In this document: positions 55,658 to 64,000 of the stretch, one piece after another
Numbering within the stretch: position 1 is the stretch's first letter
Layout of the letters: each line of letters starts with the position of its first letter
Assembly: GCA_036172245.1 (NCBI GenBank)
Contig: JAYWIR010000029.1
Location: 1-64,000, forward strand
DNA: 64,000 nt
Direction: 5' to 3'
From: Raillietiella orientalis
Taxonomy: Eukaryota
Notes under the pieces: model-generated
Database searches by the model: none
What the model saw: only the letters and a program-made list of their open reading frames with translations
Told to the model about the DNA's origin: nothing
Translations under genes and position numbers: made by a program

Positions 55658-57991
55658 GCCGATCACCTTGGTGAAATCGGACGTCAAGTTGTTCTCCAAG
55701 CTATGGGTCGCGCGTCTGGGGAGAATCGCGGAGTCCTTGGTGAGTCCGGAACAGACGTATGCTGTTCCGGGGCGGTCCATGGACGCGAATCTCTTCTTCG
55801 CGCGAACATGGTTCGAGTTGCAGCAGCGCGTGGCGCAGCAGAGCCAGGCAGCCGAAATCGCCGCTGCCAAAGGCAGGCGGCGGTGTTCAAGGCACGATGG
55901 AACGCCGGGAGCCTTAGCGGTCGCCGTCGATCTCTGGAAACCGTTCGACAGCGTAAACCAGCACCTCCTTCTGGAGCTTCTGGGACGCCTAGGCCTCCCG
56001 ACGCACCTCATCGCCTACTTGCGCTCCTGCTGGCGCCACGCGTTATGCTGTATCTCTTTTAGCGGGCGCCACGTGTACGGCATTCCCATACGGCGGAATA
56101 TCAGGCAGGGAGACAGCTTAAGCCCCCTGCTCTTCAGCGTCTTCTTTGAGTTGGTGCTGAGCGCGTACACGCTGACGCTGGCCAACCTGCCGAGGTCCTG
56201 CCTGGGATCACCGGCCGTGGCCGCCTATGCTGACGACCTTCTCTTGCTGCTGCCCATGTCCACGCCGGCGTCCAGGCTCGAGGACTTCTTCGAGCTCATT
56301 CGTCGGGGAGCGGGCCTGAGCGTCAACAGGACGAAATCAACCGTTGTACCGGTTGGCTCTACGTGGGAGGGGCAGTCCGACTGGATCCGCCTGGGGATCC
56401 CCACGGGCAGGTGCTTGAAGTACCTCGGCGTTCCCTTGGGCGCCTTCTGTCCAGCAGAAGCGTGGCCGGACTGCCTTCACAAGGCCGAGACTGCTCTGTG
56501 CCCGTTCCAAAGCGGCAGGTTACTCCTGTCGGAACGGGCCTTCGTGTGGAACATTTTCGTTGCCCCCCTCCTCCGTCCCCTCTTTTTTGTTTGTCCCCCT
56601 CCCTACTCGGCTAAGCGCCGGGCGCAACGCCTGTTGCGTTACGCCCTTTAGGTCCAGGATACGCCTGAAGGAGTTGGCGGCTCCTAAGCGGGATGCAGGA
56701 TTGGGCATCCTGACGCTGGAGCGGATCGGGCTTCTAGTGCAGTTCCGCATGCTGGCACTTTGTGCGCAGCTCTGGACTACTCCCTGGTGTGCTCCAGCGC
56801 GGCTGCTGCTGCGGCGCTGCACGGGTGGCGACGGACTACGTTCGTTGCATCTGCGCACGGAGCGCGCCCAGAGAGGATTCGGCTTCCCTTTGAAGCAGCT
56901 CGCCACGCTTCTGGGAAAGCATGAGTGGATCTCCTGCCGGCCGACGAACTTCAACGCCTGGAGGCAGGAAGCCTTATCGTCCTGGGCAGCGCAACAGGAT
57001 GTGTCCCGTTTGGAACTCCGTTGCGTGAAACTTTCCCCATACTGTCCAGTGGGGGAGGTGCTGGAAGACCAGGACCAGTGGACACGCCTAGCCGCTACGC
57101 CACTCGCCGAAGCACTGTGTGCACTGATGGTGCGAGATGACAGTGACCTGCCGGCGAGGTGGGAGATCACTTGCGAAATCGCAGGCGAAAGCCGACTGCT
57201 GGGCGGCTGGCGGACTTGCGAAGTGGCAGACGCTGCCACACCTCGCCTTCGTGCCAAGGGACTTCTCCGGTGGAGTGAGCTCCTCGGGGTGCCCACCGAT
57301 GAACTTGTGGTCCCTTCTGCGTGTTTGGACGCGACTCTCTTCCCCCTTCGGTGGAAACAGGACGCTTTTCTGCTGGTGCATTGGGGTTTGTACTGCAACC
57401 AGCGGGCGCACCTAATTTCCGGGGGAGTTGCTTCCCCGAACTGTGCCCAATGCGAAGCGGTGGAATCGCTTCCGCATTTGCTGTTTGAGTGCGGTGCCCT
57501 CCAGGATCTGTGGCAGCGGCTGTCTTCAGCGCTCCTGCACCCCGGACACACCGCACTCGATTGGATGCGCCGCTTCTACACGCGTGGCGGTCTTTCTCTT
57601 GGAGCGGTCGTCGCAATCATCTGCTGCGTCCGCGCCATTGTCAGGGCTTGCCACGTATTGCAGATGCGAGCAGTCCCAACATCGGTCCCCGACACCGCAG
57701 CCTGCAACCTGCAAATGGCTGCCGGGTGGCCACACCTGGGAGCAGAAGTGAGGACGGAGATCGGCGGCATTCACCGCCGGTTCTGAGAACAGGAACGGTT
57801 AGATGTATACCCCTATCCCCGCCCTCCCACCCAATTTATTTATTTATTGTCCCACCCCCTCCCGTTCCGAACTCTCAGTGTACCCGGCCTGCGTTCCGGG
57901 AAATCTACTCCCCATTTCCTGTTCCCCTTGTCTGGGAACACAGTTCCCAGTTGATATTCAGAATAAACGTTTCGGCGCAACCGGGTAATAA
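55658..57991 (+). mobile_element. 5'-truncated F element (C-related), ORF2 RT to zinc finger (stop at 57786) plus 3'UTR
   Basis: ORFs 55668-56651 and 56560-57786; 3' AATAAACGTTTCGGCGCAACCGGGTAATAA. Confidence 0.9.
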
Positions 57992-59146
57992 ACGACAACG
58001 CTGCATTCTTCAATTTGCTCACTTGCCTGCTGTTTTTTCTGGCGGTGTGCGAGCTTTTTCTCTAATCTTCTGTCCTTCTTTGATTTTTTAGCCGTTGCCA
58101 CTTGCCACCCAGTCTCCTGGCCGGCTCCCTCAACTTTTTCGGCGTTGGTCGCCGGGGTCTCGGGTGCGGCCTGGGTCTTGGGCGCGGGTGGCACAGCCTT
58201 CGCGGCAGCTTTCGCCGCCAGCCTTTTCTGCAGAAGCCGGGCGCCTTTTTTAAGGTTTCTCTTGGAAACCACCCGCACTGCTGCTTTTGGACACACCTCC
58301 CTCGTGTGACCCATTGTGCCTCATACTTGGCACTGCACGTTGGGACACCTCTTTTTGAGGTGGCCCGACGTATTGCAGAAGCCACAGTATTTTGGCTTCC
58401 CCACATACCAGAGGTCGACGGTTTCGCCTTCGACCACCAGTTTGTGGGGAAGAGTGCAGCCCTCCCGAACGGTCACGCGCGCAGCCGTGAGGCCGTGTTG
58501 CAGCCCCGTGTAGTCCTCGAAAGGATTAACTTTCGTCCACTGCGCGTGGACCGTTCCGAACTGTTCCAGAGCGGCGCGAACCTGTTCTTTGCGCATTCGC
58601 GCGGTCACGCCTAACAGGTGGACCACCATGCTGCGGTCCGCCGTAGTGGGGAGAAGCCTGCGCGTCCCCATCACAACGGGGGTTTTAAGCAGTCGTTGGG
58701 CCAGCTCTGCATGTTTGCAGATGACCTCAACGTACTGACTCCCGCTGCGGATGGTCATAGCGCTGAGCTCCTCCTCTTTCACATCGAGAGCGCGCATGCC
58801 CTTCGAAAAGGCGCGCGCGCTCTCTAAAGAATAAAGGTTGCCTACCTTGTAGAACAATGAGGGGTTGTACCCCTCCTCTACATAGGCCGACAATTCCGCC
58901 GCGGCTGCAGGCGATGGCGCCGACACAACGGCGCTCCACGCCCGCGCTGCAGCGGGGACCGATTCTGTGGGGGCGGATGCCCCCACCTCCATCGCCTCTG
59001 GGGGCGACGTTGCCGCTGCCTTCTGGCCATTCCTGGTGGTCGCGTCAGGCATCGCTGTCTGATCGACCACCGAACCAAACGACGCTTGCACTGGGGGAGA
59101 CTTCCTGGCACGAGGAGCACCGAGAAAACACGTCCACCCTGGAGCA
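57992..59146 (-). mobile_element. A-type 5' end and ORF1 N-terminal part (ATG 59052), probably the 5' end of element E
   Basis: GGACGTG at 59129-59135; ORF1 nearly identical to A until KKSKK; abuts CGCAAGGCGTTCGA. Confidence 0.85.
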
Positions 59147-60561
59147 CGCAAGGCGTTCGATTGCGTGGACCAGGATCTCCTTCGGGAGCTCCAGGGACGC
59201 ATGGGCTTCCCTGCCTCCCTACTGACCTACCTGCGCTCTTACTTGCGCAGCGAGCTAATTAATATCTCTTTCAGAGGTCAAATGGCGTACGGCGGGCCGT
59301 ACGGCAGGGCGATAGCCTGAGTCCCTTGTTCTTTAGCACCTAGTTCGAGTTGGTGCTGAGAGCGTACAGGGCGACTTTGGCTGCCTTGTCGTGCTCGTGC
59401 CCCAGCACGCCCGCTGTAGCAGCATACGCCGACGATCTTCTGGTGATGTTGCCTATGTTCGCCCCGGCAGCCTCAGTCGTGGGCTTCTTCGATCTGCTAA
59501 GCCGTGGTACTGGACTGCGGGTGAACAAGGCAAAGTCCTCGGTGGTGGCGACATGAGCTGGACGGCCTTACTGGTTCCGTTTGGTGATCCCCACGGTCAG
59601 GTACCTGAAGTACGTGGGCGTCCCGTTGGGGGACTTCTGCTTCGCATAAGTCTGGTCAGGTCGTCTCCGAAAAGTAGAGTTGGCGATCAGCCTGTTCTTT
59701 GAAGTCAAGTTTCTCCTGTCGGAACGGGCTGCGGTGTGAAACGCGTTCGCGGCTCCAATCCTCCGCCCCCTGCTTTTTGTTTGCCCCTTCCCGCGCCAGT
59801 TGAAAAAATGGACGAAGGACCTCCTGAGGATCGCCTTTTGTGGAAGAGGGAGGCCCCGATTCCCGTTGAAGGACTTGTGTGCTCCGCGTTAGGATGGCGG
59901 TTTCCGCCTCCTGATGCTGGAGCGAATGGAGATCCGGCTGCGACGGCGCACCATGGCCATTGCAGCGAAGTTATGAAGCACCCCATGGTGCATTCCGGCC
60001 CGCCTCCTTGCCAGCAGTGTATCTGGGACGCAAGGTCTTGCTTCGTATCTTCTGTGCCGTGGCCGGAAGATCTATAGATGCGGCCTTCTCCTGGGACGCA
60101 TGGCCTCTCTGGCTAAGGAGAACGGCTGGATGGAATGCAGCCCCGCCAACTCCTCCGCATGGCTGGAGGAGACAACTTGCACGTGGGTGAAGATAAACGA
60201 GAGCAGCCACGAGATGTGGAACTGCCTGCAACTCGGCGCCTACTCCCTCTGCACTCTAGGGAAGATACTCGATTGTCCCGCGTGGAGCACGTGGGCAGAA
60301 ACAACCCCCCTAGCTACGGCGTTGCCCTTCCTGAGGAGGGCGCTCTCCATCAGCCGCATGCCTAGGTGGCAAGTCTCCTGCCGTATCGCAGGCAGAGAGA
60401 AGCTGATGAGCGGCTGGACCATAGAAGAACTGGTGGATGCCACGACCCAGGGTGCCCTCCCGCGTGGACTAGAAAGATGGGGGGACGAGCTGCTCGGCAT
60501 CCCTATGGATGACCTGAAGTGGCCCCTGGTTTTCATTGGTTCCAGGATCCTCCCTCTGAAG
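59147..60561 (+). pseudogene. Decayed B-like ORF2 (RKAFD to post-RT region), outermost host on the right
   Basis: RKAFDCVDQ, AYADDLL (ORF 59350-59556) and ORF 60100-60645; many stops and deletions. Confidence 0.82.
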
Positions 60562-60695
60562 CTGGCCGATCCGGACTGCCTGGCTTGTTTCTCGACTCCC
60601 GCTTTGTATTCCGCTAGCCTGAGGATGTCGGGGGTCCTTGCTTAACGCCGGGCCTGTAGATAAGACCTTTCGTTACGGACTCCGTCCTCAAATTT
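60559..60695 (-). pseudogene. Short inverted A-like ORF2 linker fragment
   Basis: Reads FEDGVRNERSYLQARR*ARTPDILRLAEYKAGVEKQARQSGSAS. Confidence 0.75.
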
Positions 60696-62090
60696 GAGGT
60701 AGGGAAAACGCAAACTGCGGTTTTCTTACATCTTTAGGCTTTTTGCCACATGTCGATTTCGAGATCCTCGCATCCGTTTTTTGTTTTCTACTGGTGTCAT
60801 GCGGTTCTGTCTACAAAAAAGGACAACGCATCTTGCTGACCCACCTGCCTTGGAGACCGATTTTTCAGGATACTGATGTCTGGTAATCCATGCCGCACAC
60901 ATGACATGAACTTTTTTGTTTCCATGTGCTACGCTTTGAGAATTAGTCAGTAATTTCCAAGGCATGGAGTGAGATTCTGAGTTTCCTGTTTAGTGTCTTT
61001 GCTAAATGTCTCCCCAAGAATTCAGCAAGACAAGAAACTTAGCCGTGAATTACTCACAGCTTGTTTTTTTTTTTCCTATGCAGAAGGATGCTCTTTGAGA
61101 GTATTTCGTTTGTTTCTGAGTTACATGTCGTTTGTTTGGAGCGGATGCCTGCAGATGTCTTGAACGATGCCTGATGCGTGAAAAATATTTGTTCAGATAG
61201 CTCACGCTGCTCCCCGTGAGACATGCATCACGACGTTTTCCGTGCGTCCTCGCGCCTTCCTAGTATTAAGAAGAAAGCGTTGAATGTGAAGTGACCTCTA
61301 CACACTTTGTAGATTCGAAAATACTCCGTACAAAATGCTATCTCTACGAATAGTCTACAACCTGCTTCTGTCTTTAGGCACGGTGTTGCTTTCCTAAGAG
61401 ACTTCGACGAACAGTTCTTTGCAAGGAACTGCGTTCCATTCAGGGACATGAACCGTTTCTGGGCTGGCCCCAGGCTTCGATTGCAGTGCAGCGTTTGAAG
61501 CTCTTTACTTCACCCGGAATCTGGTACAGTGAGCGAACGACTGAGCATGGTCCATTGACCAAACAACTTGCTGCTCGCAGACGACGATTCTTGCAGCTTT
61601 TTCGGAAGTGCAGGAACATCAACTGTCCGGTCGATCGATATGCGGACGACAAGCAGAGGAAATCGTGAAAATGCGTGCAACAGCGTGATTTCATGCACTA
61701 AAGCGCCGTTGGGGGGAAGTTTTCTGTGCAGGCAGTTGCGAAGCACGCTAGTTGACCCTGGACACATTTCCTTTAATAATCATCTTTCTTCTTTAGTAAT
61801 GGGTCAAATCTAGTTCATCACCTACATCTTTGTCTTCCGGAACGCTGGAATCCGAAGGAGTGTGTCTAAGCAATGCAGCCGAGCTGGGAGTATCAGCAGC
61901 GATTGCTGTACTTCTTTGGTAATGGCTGATCGCTGCACTTTACCGTGTATCGCAACAAGTGTGGGTGGGTGAAAAGAAGCTCTCTCGCTGCAGCGCTGCT
62001 CTTCTTGAGGGAGCATTTCGGAAGCAACCTCCTGGAAAAATGAGTGGTCTTCCGTGAAAGACGCGCAAGATGGTAGGACCACATGCCGTC

Positions 62091-62815
62091 TCAAGGGACG
62101 CTGATAAACAGCGAGATCACCCTGACTGATTCTTTGTCCCAGAGCTCCTTGCTCCTCGGCACTATTTGCAATTTGATATTCTCAACGAGTTGCTGCATTC
62201 GTGCCCACATAAGGTCCACTTGTTTCCAGTCACTCGCGGTGAGTGCCATGGCTGACGTCAGGCCGTCAGTTCCGTGCACCAGCCTTGAGAGGGCGTAGTG
62301 GAACGTAAACGACCAGTCATTCCATGTGCTGACAATTCGGACCAGATGTTTCAGGTCCTGGGGTTTCACGGCAGTGGCGACGCAGCGCACGCCGGTGCCT
62401 CCTTCCGTCCGCAGGCGACACAGGTACTTCAGTTTCGCTTTGGATCTTCTGCTGTTCCATACGAGGTTGCTTCTGATGTCGGCTAGCTGTTTTGCTGTCT
62501 TCGGGGGAATCGTCTGAAAGGACGCAATGAAGAGAAGCTTCGGAACCATCACCCTATCCCAAGGATTGGCCTTGTCCTTATGAGAGAAGTGAGTCCCGAC
62601 GTACTGAGTGACTTCTTAGCGCAGCTTGGCCAGGATAGTTGACCAACTCTGCAGCTCCAGGACTGGTGTTTCATCGCCGAGAAGTACCCCGAGGTACTGC
62701 CCGCTGCCCGCAATCCTGAAGCCGCGCGGGTGTGGAGGACGGTGACGTCCAGTATTCCGACGGAGAGCAGATGCGACTTGTTGGGGTCTACCTTGAGTCC
62801 GAGGCCACACTCCAT
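62091..62815 (-). pseudogene. Old, divergent L1/Tx1-like RT C-terminal fragment
   Basis: GLKVDPNKS, QYLGVLLG and VPKLLFIASF...LVW...LCRLRTEGGTGV across several frames. Confidence 0.65.
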
Positions 62816-63109
62816 GGCCTGAACGTGCTAGAAATTCTCCCTCGACGAAATACTCTGCTTTCTAAACAAATTCTTACCCTCCTCTATGCCGTGGGCATCA
62901 GTGGGACCAAAATTTTTCCGCCAGCTGCAGTGAGTGAGTGCTCCATGTTAGAAGAGGAGGACCTTGATGAGTTTTTTTGCTATCAGAAGCTTCCCGACAT
63001 CGCAAAGCTTAAGGGGCATAAAGTCGAGAAGCGAACCTTCTTCTGGAGGAATTCCTCCAGAACTTCGCTAAAGAACTGTTCTTCCTGATGCGTAGAGGTG
63101 CCACACTGG

Positions 63110-64000
63110 TATGGGAGACGGACGAGAACCAAGACGAGACGGACGAGAATTCCTTTATGGAAAAGTTACACTTTGGTTGAACCTAAAGAACTGGCTTACA
63201 CAATCTCAGCAGCAGGCTCCCATCACTTTACTGAATGCGAATGCGAAGTTGCTGTGGAAATTGTGTACTGCTCGACTCAGGAAGGTGAGGGACTCCTTGG
63301 TGAACCTGGAGAAGACTTGCACTATTCTCAGACGAAACATGATGTCAACCTGCTCTTCGCTTAAGTGTGGTTTCGGCTGCAATAAAAGGTTGCATAGGAG
63401 AGCTGCAGGACTGACAAGAATCCAAGCTGGACCTGAAAAGCGGGAAAAAAAGGTGAATTCAGATGCCTGGAGACCTTATTCGATCAGCAAAAAAAATTCG
63501 ACTGCATAAATCTGCATTCCCTCTAGGAGCACTAGAAGGCCTATCTAGATCTCTCATCCTCGTGGTTCGCGAATCTGAGTTCCATCTGGTACAATGATAA
63601 ATGTTTGTTTTAGCGATCTCCACGCTTACAACGTGCGAGTAGAGTGAAAACCAGGCGAAGGAATAGCTTGAGGCGCATGCTATTCAGCAAAGGACTCAAG
63701 CTACTTCCAGTTGTGCTGCACGCGTATGGGGAAACTCTGGAGTCCCTGTAGTCCGTGCACACCGGCCGTGGAGGCTTATGATGACGACCTGCTTCTCCGA
63801 CTTTCGTTTACGCCCGACAGTGAAGCTGGAAGGGTTCAATTTGGTCCGCGGGGGAATGGTCATGTGTACAGGTAGAAAGGCATGGTTGTACCGTAGGTGC
63901 GTCGTGTGGTGGGAGACCGTGGGACTGGATCCGTCTGAGGATCCCCATGGGAATACTTTCAAGTACCTGAGCTTCCATGGGCGACTTCTGCTCTACAGAA
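63110..64000 (+). pseudogene. Old, decayed RT fragment related to the nest families
   Basis: PITLLNANAKLLWKLCTARL, KKFDCIN, AYDDDLLL and DWIRLRIP...KYL remnants. Confidence 0.65.

Noticed and set aside
60700..62090. Short ORFs in the AT-richer flank as host exons
   Set aside because: No recognisable domains or consistent frame. I cannot exclude further decayed TE sequence or small exons.

Overview
This window is eukaryotic repeat DNA; I found no host genes, RNA genes or CRISPR arrays. Positions 1 to about 60,700 form a continuous, GC-rich nest of L1/Tx1-type non-LTR retrotransposons. Each has ORF1 (two CX2CX4HX4C knuckles plus a low-complexity tail) and ORF2 (APE endonuclease WNVNG/QE/VYAP/GDFN/SDH, RT KAFD/RQGD/YADD/YLG, C-terminal CxxC..H..C zinc finger). 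I distinguish several families with my own labels: A (with related E and D), B (subfamilies B0/B1/B2) and C (with related F). Almost every boundary is one element inserted into another, often with a readable target-site duplication (TSD). The insertion points are not random. A/E-type elements sit antisense in the codons for RT motif D-L-x-K-A-F-D. B0/B2 elements sit antisense in the L-P-x-G-F-G linker codons. C sits sense in the endonuclease G-D-F-N codons, and B1 sits sense in A ORF1. All families share a GGACGTG motif 5-13 nt from the 5' end and a 3' end of AATAAA + GC hairpin + TAA/AAA with no poly(A) tail. One host element (E) appears split by a 52-kb nest, and there is a roughly 12-kb inverted duplication. 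Most ORFs carry stops or frameshifts. The last 3 kb is more AT-rich and holds older, decayed LINE fragments. The host organism cannot be identified from this sequence.
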